DNA from: Octopus sinensis
Taxonomy: Eukaryota
Assembly (NCBI RefSeq): GCF_006345805.1
Contig: NC_042999.1
Coordinates: 109,492,001 to 109,556,000 of the forward strand
DNA length: 64,000 nucleotides
Direction of reading: 5' to 3'
Shown here: positions 37,966 through 49,893 of the stretch, in pieces
Numbering within the stretch: position 1 is the first letter of the stretch
Layout: each line of letters starts with the position of its first letter
Notes under the pieces: generated by a model
Database searches by the model: none
What the model was told of the DNA's origin: nothing
What the model saw: only the letters and a program-made list of their open reading frames with translations
Made by a program: the position numbers and the translations under genes

Positions 37966-39573
37966 GACTATGTTTGTTTGTCTTTCAATTCTTCTGTTTC
38001 TGTGATAGAGGATTCTTATCTGAGAGCATTAAACTACAAAGTATTTATCTGTTTATAATTATTTCCATGTCCTGCCATTTGTGCATGTATTCAATAATAG
38101 GGGCATTCTCTATATTTATTTCAGGACAGTCTTTTGGGGGGTGGCATTGTATATTGCTTTTGTGACAATTTTTGTGTTGCATAGAGTGGGCGGGTAGTAC
38201 CTTGATGACATTTTGGGGTAGCTGCTAATCACATGGGATGTCTTCCACAGAAATATGACATAATCTACATATTCAGTTGCATCTTGGAATGCCACTGCCT
38301 TCACTGTCTCTTTCGATTATTTGGTATTTAGTAGCAATCTCCTGTTTTTTGGATTGCAATTGTGTGTATGTATGTATGTATGTATGTATGTATGTATGTA
38401 TGTATCTATGTATGTATGTATGTATGTATGCATGCATGTATGTATAGTACAATGTCTGTCACTGTGTGATAACAGAGAAAATCGATACAATTGTAAAGTG
38501 AATATATTTGTATTAAACATTATAATTAGGTTAGTTAATCAACCTCAATGTTTGGTTCTACCAGTATGAATTTTCAAATGTTACATTTGTGCTGCCATCT
38601 CTAAAATTCATGTTGCTTTCAAAATCTCTGAGAACAACAAGATTCCACCATTTTTAAAGACGCTGACATGTAAATCGCTGCACACTGTTAGAAAAATTCT
38701 ACTGAGGAAACTGTACAAGTAATTAATGATTGACTAAACTAATTATAGTTTAAACTACACAGAATTTCCATCACTTACAAGGTGTTAATCTTGAAGATGC
38801 TTGCTCAGAGCATTCACCTGTTCTATCTTTCATTTCTCATTCTGCTACCAAAGTATTTTGGTCTGAATTTTAAGTTGCTCTATGTTTAACGGCATCAGTA
38901 AAGGAGAGAATAGCACACTATTGGGTATTGTAACTCTATGTAATTTATAAAGTAGTAGATATGCTATAGCAACAAAATTGGACATCATTATTGTTAGATA
39001 TATCACATGATATCAGTTCATATCATGTTGACTTTTATTGTGATAATGTCGTATGTTGAAATGATTTCATGGAAATATGTATAATGACAGCATGTTTTTT
39101 TTCTTCACATTGTTATTGAATTAACATGTGTAATATGGTTATCTGGTGTATCTCACAAATAAACAGTGAAGGGTAGGGGGGGTTAGAGTGAATGTATTTT
39201 TTTTCTGAAAGAAGGGAAGAGAAATTGACGTTTCAGACAGTTGTCCTTTGTCAAGAAAGGAGGCAAGAGAAAAGGAGAAAAATGTCTAAGAAAACAAAAG
39301 TGTTAAGAATGAAGCCAATTAATCACAGGTTTCATGTTGCAAATAGTGCCACTTTCTTTCTTCTCTTCTCCATCTTTCTACTTGACAGAAGAGACTGTCC
39401 AAAATAGTAATTTCTATTCCTTTTCTTCAGAGCACATTACATTGAGTTTGTACTCATACTAGTTTTTTTCCTTTTCTTTTTTTGAGCAACTCTAGATATA
39501 CATTTTTATTCTGCTGTTGTAAATTAGCTGGATTATTGAATTAAAGTAATCCATCATCTGTTATGTGTGTATC

Positions 39574-39760
<187 letters not shown>

Positions 39761-41390
39761 GCAGTAGTATCTGCTATGATAGTATGGTGGTGACTTAGTG
39801 ATATTAACATGACTTCAGTTGTAATATATATAATATTTTTGCATTATTAATTGCTATTATTGTTACTGTTTAGTCCAGATCAGCCATATGATCAATTAGA
39901 CATATGATCAAAGGGTTTCCAGCCTTGACAATCCAGACTTTTATTAGATACACCTGAACTTCATAATCTCAGATAGGTTCCTTTATTCTTGTAAAGGCTA
40001 TCTTATTGGCTCACATGGTGGCAGCTCCCTTATTGGCCAGAATATTAGGATATTAGTTTCTCTCTATGGAAATATGTCTTTTCTAAATGTTGATGATATA
40101 TTTGTTTCAAAAATGATATCGCACTTGTAATATGTTTTTTTACACAGTGGTGTAATACCTGTTACTGTTGTGATAGTTTCTGAAGTGACACAAGTTAATT
40201 TCTATAGTGATTATGCTGAAACTTCTGTATAAAGATATCATAGTGTTTTTTCATTAAGATATATCATCTTAATGTTATTCATATACGTGAATTCTTTTGC
40301 ATCATTTTAGTACTAAAAGTCACAACATAAACATGCTTATGATGATTGCTATATGCTGCAAATTGTACGTATACCTTTTTTCAATTTTTGCATTTTTCTC
40401 AAATCTTGTGGTCATCAATTCCAGATTACCAAACCCTATATTGATTTGCAATATCTGAGAAATAATGGTGAGCTGTGATATCCATGCAAAATAATAACTT
40501 AGTATTGTGATTTTATGATACTTCAATATTGTTATACCATTTAATTTAATTGGTATTTGAAGGCTTAAGGTGATGAAGGTTAATTTTTTGTTTGTTTTTT
40601 TAGTGTTAATAAATGTATGGAAAGCTAAAAAGAAAATTCTTCATGATAACTGTTCTATAATTTAGAGACTGTTTTGTTCCTTCGTTTATATGGTGCTACT
40701 AGCTAAGAAGAATGAAACAAAATGAAATACAAATAAACTAATTAACTAAGTATGTAACAATTTGTATGACTTCTTTTAATTGATTCCATTACAATATCTC
40801 TTTTGCATTGTTACAAGTGTTGATTTTTGTCTGCTGAGTTCAATCTTCCTTTTCTAATTGAATAATGAAAGTGTCAGAATTAATGAAGTGCTATTTAATT
40901 TTAATTGATGTTTTTAGTATAAAACATAAATGAAAACATCCTATTTGCATATACCCATAATAAAGCAACCCTCCCCACTACACAAAAAAAAAAATTAAAA
41001 GAAAAATATTGGCAAAATTGATCAAATTTAAGTAATGAATAATTTATCATCACTACTTTGTTCATTGAATGATTTCTATAATTTACTTAACAAATGCATG
41101 CTGGTACCAAAAAAAAAAGAAAGAAAAATATCTGTCATTGTCTTGTGCCCTAAGCACAGTGGTGCATTATTCTGTTTGATTCAGTGAATGTAATTAAAAT
41201 AAAACCACTATTCTTGCTTTGCAGTTGATTGACAGGTGTTAGAAATTGCTTTTAATTTTATAAAATCCACTCCAATTATTGTATAAATGCAAATTTGCAT
41301 ATCTAGGCAATCCTGCCATCCATGAAAAATGGCATTATATGTGTGTGTATATGTATATATATATATATAGGTATGATAATATACATACAT

Positions 41391-41429
<39 letters not shown>

Positions 41430-41469
41430 TACACACACACACACACACTCACACACACACACACACATG

Positions 41470-41660
41470 CCAGTGCATACTAGAAAAGAAGACTGCACTG
41501 GTATGGACTTGTGATGCATATGGATGATGACTGTTGTATAAAGAAGTGCCAATCACTTAATGTGGATGGTTCTTGTGAAAGAGGGAGACCCAGGAAAACA
41601 TGGAATGAAGTGGTACAGACTGACTTCAGGACCTTGAACTCATTCAGGAGTTGATGAAGG
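41470..41660 (+). mobile_element. Short RTE ORF-end fragment
   Basis: ggatgatgactgttgtataaagaagtgcc...gagggagacccaggaaaacatggaatgaagtgg, matching the GRGRPRKTWDEVV region of the other copies. Confidence 0.7.
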
Positions 41661-41939
41661 CCTGGGATGACCGAAAATATATAGTTCTGCCTACCTTGTT
41701 GAAAATCTACCTACCTTGTTGAAATACCGATTCTGGTAACACACACACACTGGGATCATCTACCACCTGATCTCCTCTACCACCCTTTATCTCTAACTGC
41801 TTTATTCTGCTGCTGTAATCAAATAAGTGCTTCTTTCACCAGCTTTCCCCAATATTACTTATTGTTCTTGCTACTCAGAAACATTTCATGTGTCCAGTCC
41901 TTCATTCTTAACACTGCTCTCTTCATCCAATCTTTACAT

Positions 41940-42600
41940 TGATCACCCTCAACCACATATATAAATCTCTCTTTTTCTCATCCCCTCCACCTTTCTCTTA
42001 TTTGCTGTACTATTACAGGACTATTCTGCTGCTCTTCATCTCTCACTCTTCTTTCTGCACTGTCAAACATTTTTTTTACTATCCCTCACCTCCCTACCCA
42101 GCTTGCATGTATCATTGGTATCATATGAGGGAAGCAGTGCAATTGATCTATCTCTCCATTTTTTTTTCCAGAGCATTGATCCTTTCTAGCTGGGTTATAT
42201 CCATAGGTGCCCTACTTAACTTAACCTCTGGCCAGAATCTCATGGCAAATTCCCTCCAGTCCATGGATCTTGGCACACGTCTGTCTCTTACAACTACTGC
42301 ATGACAAAAGAGGCTCATGTCTGTCCTGCTTCTGCTCATGTGACCTCCCCCACTCCTATCCTTCCAGTTAGGCCCATCAGCCATTGATGTCATTGACCAT
42401 ATACTTCCAGTTCATCTCATCATCACAAATGGTCAACTCATCATCCCTTATCCACCATTCTCCACATCATTCCTCAACCTTACCCAATTTCTACAGTTGT
42501 CATCTACTCTTCTCTACTTACCATTACCCAGCTCCTGTTCATATTATCATATTTACCTCCAAACCCATTCGTCTATCTCTAACCATCTTTCATTCTTGCA
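41940..42600 (-). mobile_element. Decayed LINE relic, probably RTE endonuclease region
   Basis: Minus frame RSGGGHMSRSRTDMSL...VRD resembles the APE C-terminal SGG..SQIDY.L...V.D pattern; heavily disrupted. Confidence 0.35.
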
Positions 42601-42614
42601 TAAATTCTTACAGC

Positions 42615-42945
42615 CCCTAACTGGTGCTGTGCCAGTTATGACGATGAGAGTTCCTTTTGATCCAATCAACAGAACAACCTGCTCTTGAAATTAACATGCA
42701 TGTGACTGACCATTTCACAAACATGCATATCCTTAACATAATTCTCAGAAAGATTCAGTATGACTCAGAACATGACAAGGCTGGCCCTTTGAAATACAGG
42801 TATTACTCATTTTTGCCAGCTGACTGAACTAGAGCAATGTGAAATAAAGTGTCTTGCTCAAGGACACAATGCACCACTGAGAATCGAACTCACAGCCTTA
42901 CGATCATGAGCTGAATATGCTAACCACTAAGCCACATTCCTTCAC
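42615..42945 (-). mobile_element. SINE family C
   Basis: ttgatccaatcaacagaacaacctgctcttgaaattaac...ggctggccctttgaaatacagg...ctaaccactaagccac. Confidence 0.8.
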
Positions 42946-42989
42946 CTATGGAATCTACTCATCTGCACAGTTTGTGTGTGTATGTATAT

Positions 42990-43338
42990 ATATATACTGA
43001 GACCCCCTTCGGTCATGACACAGACCATGAGATTGCTCCTAGAAAGTTACCCTCCCAGGCACAAATCCGGGCTAGGTTGTTTATGGAAGACCAGCAGTTG
43101 TCCATGCATACTGGCCTCCCCTATTCACACCACCGATGTTATCCAAGGGAAAAGGCAAAAGCCGATACAGCTTCATACCTGTGATGTCACAACTCATTTC
43201 TACAGCTGAATGAACTGGAGCAATATGAAATAAAGTGTCTTGCTCAAGAACACAACACGCAGCCCAGCCCAGGATTTGAGCTCACAACCTCGCGATCGTA
43301 AACTTGACACTCTAACTACTGAGCCATGCGCCTTCACA
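42990..43338 (-). mobile_element. tRNA-derived SINE, family D; second copy at about 45773-46082
   Basis: Minus-strand head gtgaaggcgcatggctcagtagttagagtgtc...gagctcaaatcc; body gttgtttatggaagacc(a/g)gcagttg shared by both copies. Confidence 0.8.
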
Positions 43339-43361
43339 TATATATTATATATATATATATA

Positions 43362-44356
43362 TATGCAGATGACACAAAAGTCTCCCACGCAATACAAAAC
43401 CCTGAAAATATTGCGCATCTGCAACATGAGCTGGACACAATATACAGGTGGGCTGAGGACAACAACATGCAGTTTAATGCAGGTAAGTTCCAGGCCCTGC
43501 GCTATTAGCACACAAAGGTAAATGACGTGAAGACTGGATACACTGGCCCAGGAAGAATTGCAATCCCTGAGTCAAAATCAGTGCGTGACCTGGGCATTGA
43601 CATGAGCAATGATGCATCTTTCCAAATGCATATTGCTAATCTGGTGATAAAATGCAGACGGCTAGCTGGATGGATTCTCCGAACTTTCAGGACAAGAGAG
43701 AAGGAGACACTGATGGTCCTATGGAAAACATTCGTCCTCAGCCGCTTGGACTACTGCTCCCAACTTTGGTCACCACACAATATAAAACAAACAGCAGAAC
43801 TCGAAGCAATTCAGAGAAGCTACACAAAGAAAATCGTCTCAATGCAAAATATCAGCTACTGGGAAAGACTGAAGGTATTAAACCTCTTTCCCTAGAGCGG
43901 AAGGCGGGAGAGATATGCAGTGATATACATCTGGAAAATCCTGGAGGGTCTTGTCCCAAACTTTGGCATTCAAAATTACTCCAACCGCAGAACGGGGCGC
44001 CGCTGCGTGGTGCCAAGGATTCCAACATCACCATCAAAATACAGGTCCAGATACTGCAACAGCTTGGGTTTCAGAGGACCACAGCTCTTTAACATCCTCC
44101 CTAAATGCCTGAGAGACTTACATGGTGTGGATGTGGGTTTCTTTAAAACTAAACTGGATCTCTTCTTGTTGGGAGTCCCAGATGAACCTACCTCACGACA
44201 GGAGATGCGGATGCGGGCAGCAGCATCGAACTCCCTTGTTGATCAAGTGCCACGTATCAGAGGTGGATTCACAAACTAGTGTAGCTCATTCAGCGGTGGT
44301 GCCCCAGCATGGCCGTGGCCTTCAGGCTAAAACATTTTTAGGATTTTAAGGATTTA
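43362..44356 (+). mobile_element. CR1-like LINE 3' fragment (second family), with a stop and a frameshift
   Basis: Begins at YADDTK next to (TA)n; DLGIDM, SRLDYCSQLWSP, FRGPQLFNILP; 3' stem-loop and (ttttaagga) tail. Confidence 0.92.
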
Positions 44357-44371
44357 TATATATGTATATAT

Positions 44372-44408
<37 letters not shown>

Positions 44409-44450
44409 TATATATATGTATATATATATATATATATAATATATATATAT

Positions 44451-44859
44451 AAACATAGTAAAAAGGGTAATAAAATAAATTATTATTACCAGTGATCTAG
44501 CACAAAAGACAAATTAGTCATTAGACTATATGTTATTCATATATAAGTACATTAAAAGGCCTCTAAAAGAAGAAGCAAGTACTAGATACACAATAAGTGG
44601 ATATATTCATGAAATGAAAATCAAAAACGTTTACAAACTCAGCTCATCTTGTACTGCAGTTTCGCCTTTTTTTTAGCAGAAGAATATAATTTATCTGCCA
44701 AGGCTAGACTCTTCAGCAAGCAGCCTTTGTTATCCTAGAAGTACATATCATTAGAAGCATGTGCGATTCTACCGACTTGCATTCTCTAACTTTTCAGACC
44801 AGTGCTCAGACGCAAAACATACCCAGCAAACAGAGATGAGCTGAGTTTGTAAACGTTTT

Positions 44860-44861
<2 letters not shown>
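44451..44861 (-). mobile_element. Non-coding Penelope-like or retrozyme-like element between (TA)n arrays
   Basis: Contains a hammerhead fold and a perfect 28-bp inverted repeat (44622-44649 and 44834-44861). Confidence 0.6.
44648..44720 (-). ncRNA. Type I hammerhead ribozyme with intact core and extended helix II
   Basis: Minus strand reads CTTG CTGAAGA GTCT agcc TTGGCAGA taaattatattct TCTGCTAA aaaaa AGGC GAAA CTGCAG TA CAAG. All core residues are canonical, the triplet is GUA and stem III is the palindrome ACTGCAGT. Confidence 0.8.
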
Positions 44862-44900
<39 letters not shown>

Positions 44901-45426
44901 CTGTGTGAGTGTATAGTGAACTCAAAAATCACTCTTTCGAAAACATCTAGAATTTCAATAAAAAAAATGTTGACCACATCCATACAACTATTCTTTAATG
45001 AATATAAAAGAACAAGACCTGGAAATGCAATTATAATTTTTACTGAAGAAAATCAAAAACATTTGGTTTTTCAATGAAAATCTTGACCAATTCAAATACA
45101 AAACTTCTTTTTTCTTCTCCACCTTAAAAGGCCACTAAGTACTAAACAAACATATCAATACAAAAGCCACGCCTCTTTACCTCCCCCTCCTTCTCAAAAA
45201 AATGTTTTCTTCTTTCTTCTCCCTTGCTTGGCAAACCATACAAAATTCTTTATATATAAAAAGGCCCAGAAATCTATCTTTAAGCCATTTATTGATAAAT
45301 CCAGTAAGGAAAGAAAGTGCTAAAAATGTAAATAAAATGTAAATAAAAAAAAAATATATATAATCATCCAATATTTTGAGTACCTTATTATTCCAAATAT
45401 ACAATATCTGTACGTTATTTCAAAAA

Positions 45427-45463
<37 letters not shown>

Positions 45464-47239
45464 AGATGGGCTTCCCCACAGTTTCCATCAATCAAATTCA
45501 CTTACAAGGCATTGGTTGGCTCAGGAATGTAGTAGAAGACACTTGCCCAAGGGTCTGTGCAACCACATGGTCGGAAAGTGAACTTCTTAGCCACACAGCC
45601 ATATCTGTACTTATGTAAATAAATTTTATCTTTTTCATGTTCTAATCATAGAATATTTTCAATTACATATCTGTGATCTAAGGAAAGTACTTCTCTCAGG
45701 TCACTTAACCTATAAAAAACAGCAACAAAATCTCCCCACCTCATATCACACTCTTGAAAGGGAAGGGAAATGGAAGACCCCTCTGGTCATGAATGACCAT
45801 AGGATTGCACCAAGAAAGTTCCCCTCCGAGGTACAAGTCTGAGCAAGGTTGTTTATGGAAGACCGGCAGTTGCCCATGCATACCAGCTTCCCTTCTCTGA
45901 TGTTGTCCAAGGCCAAGGGAAAGGCTGATACAGCCTGGCACCAGGGATATAGCAACTCATTTCTACAGCTGGCTGAACTGGAAAAACATGAAATAAAGAA
46001 TACAGACCACAGCTTGGTCTGGGAATTGGACTCATGACCTCATAATTATGAGCCCAATACCCTAACTACTGAGCCATGTGCCTGCCTATCAAACCTTACT
46101 GTCTTTAAAAAATATAATACAAAATGAAGGTTGTAGTTGTAGATATAAAAAATGACAAGTCATGGCCAGAAAGCCTTTTATTATAGATCTGCTCAGTCAG
46201 AGATAATTTGAGGTTAAACAACTGTAAAACAACTATTACTTTATCTCACGTGTATCATGCAGATGGAATTTGAGATAAATTTAAACAGCAAACTTTGTAG
46301 TTGCTTGATCTTCTAGAAATAGTGGCCAAATATCCCTCAAAGCATGTTGCCCCATCTTAAATAAGGAAAGGATAGATTAGGTAACATAGACCTGAATAAC
46401 ACTTAAAAAGCCATGATGATCACATCTGGAATTATTTTCCAGCATACAAGCTGATGAAGCATATAGTGTAAACATATAGTGTAAACACTCACATGTCAAC
46501 ACTATCACTCCAAATTTGGCTGCGTTTGATATGGAATTTTTGGTCTGCTGAAGTCATCATAGTTTATAACTTATAAGTTAACCGACCTTTTAAAGCTTTA
46601 AATTTTGGTCTGGAAAACTTAAATTGTAAACCAGAAAATACAAAAAGTCTAAGTTTAATATGCAGCTTTCAGACTACCCAAAACATTCAGCCATCTCATG
46701 AAAAAAACAAAAAAAAAATGATAAAATTATAAGTCAAGTAGGCCTTCACTTCACCCTTTGCTACAAAGTAACAATTACTTTTCTCATATAAAATGAATTT
46801 ATTGTGGAAAAACTGAAAAATGTTGTTTTGTAATACTTGAAATTCATAAATTTCAGAGATTATAATTTAAGTTCATTTTATATTTAATTTTATTCCATGA
46901 ATTTGAAAGAGGATCAAACCATAGCTTTAGGCAGTTACATTTTATCAGGACTTACATATAAAGTTATGATCTTTTTTTAATAAACTGATTAAAAATGTTC
47001 TTCATTCAAAAGAGTGTTTTTAATATATCTTTAAATAGATAATGCACATAAAAAGGAATAACTAATTAAATAGATTTAAAAAAATGGATTTTCTTTATTT
47101 TTATTATTTTTTCTTTATTTATTTTGTCTATATTTATTTATTATTTTATTTTTTTTATTTTGCTAAGAAAAAGCAAATTAGAAAATATTAATATTTTCTG
47201 TAGTGATAGATTTTGATTTTGATGCATTAATAATACACA

Positions 47240-47680
<441 letters not shown>

Positions 47681-48170
47681 TTGATAAACAATAAATTAGA
47701 TCTTGTGTAATTTATCGTTGCTGAATACTGCAGTTTAATCTTTCTGTGAATTGACGAAGAGCAGACAAAATATTGTAAAACACTCTATTAAAGGTGAAAT
47801 TTTATTTACATTACACCACACACACACACACATGCATACACCTGTACTTTCACATACAACCAGACATACATGCATACACATACATGCACATGTTTAATAC
47901 ATATACATATACCAATATATCAATGTATAATGTTTCCTTATAAAAATGTAAACACATGCACACAGATATGTGTAAGTATGTGTATATTATATAATGCATA
48001 CTACTTATATGGGTCTCTGACACCTTGCTTACCTACATATCATTGCAAACCTCATCTACAGTAAAACTGCTAAACACACACACACAAACATGTATGTATA
48101 TCATAGTGATATAAGTAAATATAAATATACCCACACATATGTACGTCTGCATGTGTATACACATACACAC

Positions 48171-48280
<110 letters not shown>

Positions 48281-48287
48281 GTGTGTG

Positions 48288-48322
<35 letters not shown>

Positions 48323-48740
48323 AAAGAAAAAGAGAGAGGGGAAGAAAGATTATCTCTACATAAAATTATTTATTCATGCAACATTAAAAAATCATATACA
48401 TGTATGTATATATTTTATGTGCTTGTGAGTATATCCCTTTAAAGTTTCAATATCAGAACATTGTATATATATAGTCATATATATTTTAATAACATGGAAT
48501 CAGCCAGATTTATGTAAAATAAAAATATGAAATGTTGAACTATAAGTGACAAAAATAAAACAAAAAATGATAAGAACTTGATAAAATATTACTTTTCAGA
48601 AAAGTTCTTACAACAACCCATTTTACAAAATAAGTTGGATCAGTTTTTATAAAGAATAAAGAATACATCATCAAAATCTGCATCAAAATACTCACTATAA
48701 AGTTACTTTTGTCAGAATATAGGTTTTAGAATAATTCCTC

Positions 48741-48771
<31 letters not shown>

Positions 48772-49318
48772 TACATATATGCACTTACATATGTATGTGC
48801 GTGCATATGTACAGATCCTAATCTATGAAAGTGAATACTTATATGTTTGAAGTATGTCTATTCAAAGTTGTGGCCTCTGCTTTGCAGTCAGGTAGCTGAA
48901 ATTTTGGATAGGAACATATCGTTTCAAGTCACAGACTATGTGAATTTAGAAACCATATTTATTTTTGATGCATTTCTTTTGGCAAGTTCAGCTTGAGCTG
49001 ACTTCTGTATGGTTTAAATGTAACTATTCTGAGTGTATCAACATTCCAAGACCAACAGAAGACTGTCAATATAATTTTTCAAGGAATTTATTTAAAATCA
49101 TGTGAATTCCTTTGTATTTATTTAAGGTATTTATAAACCCAGGCAGGGTACTGATGCTAGTGCATATACTACATTATATAGCATACATATATATATATAT
49201 ATAGATATATATATATATATATATTATATAGTAGGTCCCGGGTTGATTCGGGGTTAACCGCAGTAATAAGGTCCTCAATTACCATTATAGAGTAAAATTA
49301 AATTTATTATATAGAAGG

Positions 49319-49368
49319 AGCTTCTACAGGACTAGAACTGTTTCATCAAGAGAAATCTTCAGGAAGCT
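49319..49368 (-). ncRNA. Type I hammerhead motif in a Penelope-like terminal-repeat relic (about 49230-49480)
   Basis: Minus strand reads AGCTTC CTGAAGA tttctcttgat GAAA CAG ttctagtc CTG TA GAAGCT: 6-bp stem I, 4-bp stem III, GUA triplet; stem II is decayed. Confidence 0.65.
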
Positions 49369-49853
49369 AGTAACAAGAATGTATTGGCATTTTTACATTA
49401 GGCAGGTTAAAGGGTGTTGGTGGGGGACTTTTTGGGGGTAGGCATAGCGCAAAAAATATCATATTGGGGAGTGGAAGGAGTCAGTGTTAAATTGATAGAA
49501 GAATAAATAAAAAAATAAAAAATTATAAAAAAATATATAAAAATATATATAAAAAAGATAATAGAGTTTTAGGTAAATAAGGAGATTCTCACTTATACCT
49601 ATGCACATATGTATACATATAGAACACACACATACAAACATATATACATATAATACACACATACGTACCACACCACACATATATACATATATATACACTT
49701 ACACATACATATACACACAGAAAAATATATATACAATACACACACATACTACATACACGATACACACATATGCACACACACATATGCAACACAGCACACT
49801 AGTCCCTATCTACACATATATACACATACACATATATATTTATATGTTTATCG

Positions 49854-49893
<40 letters not shown>

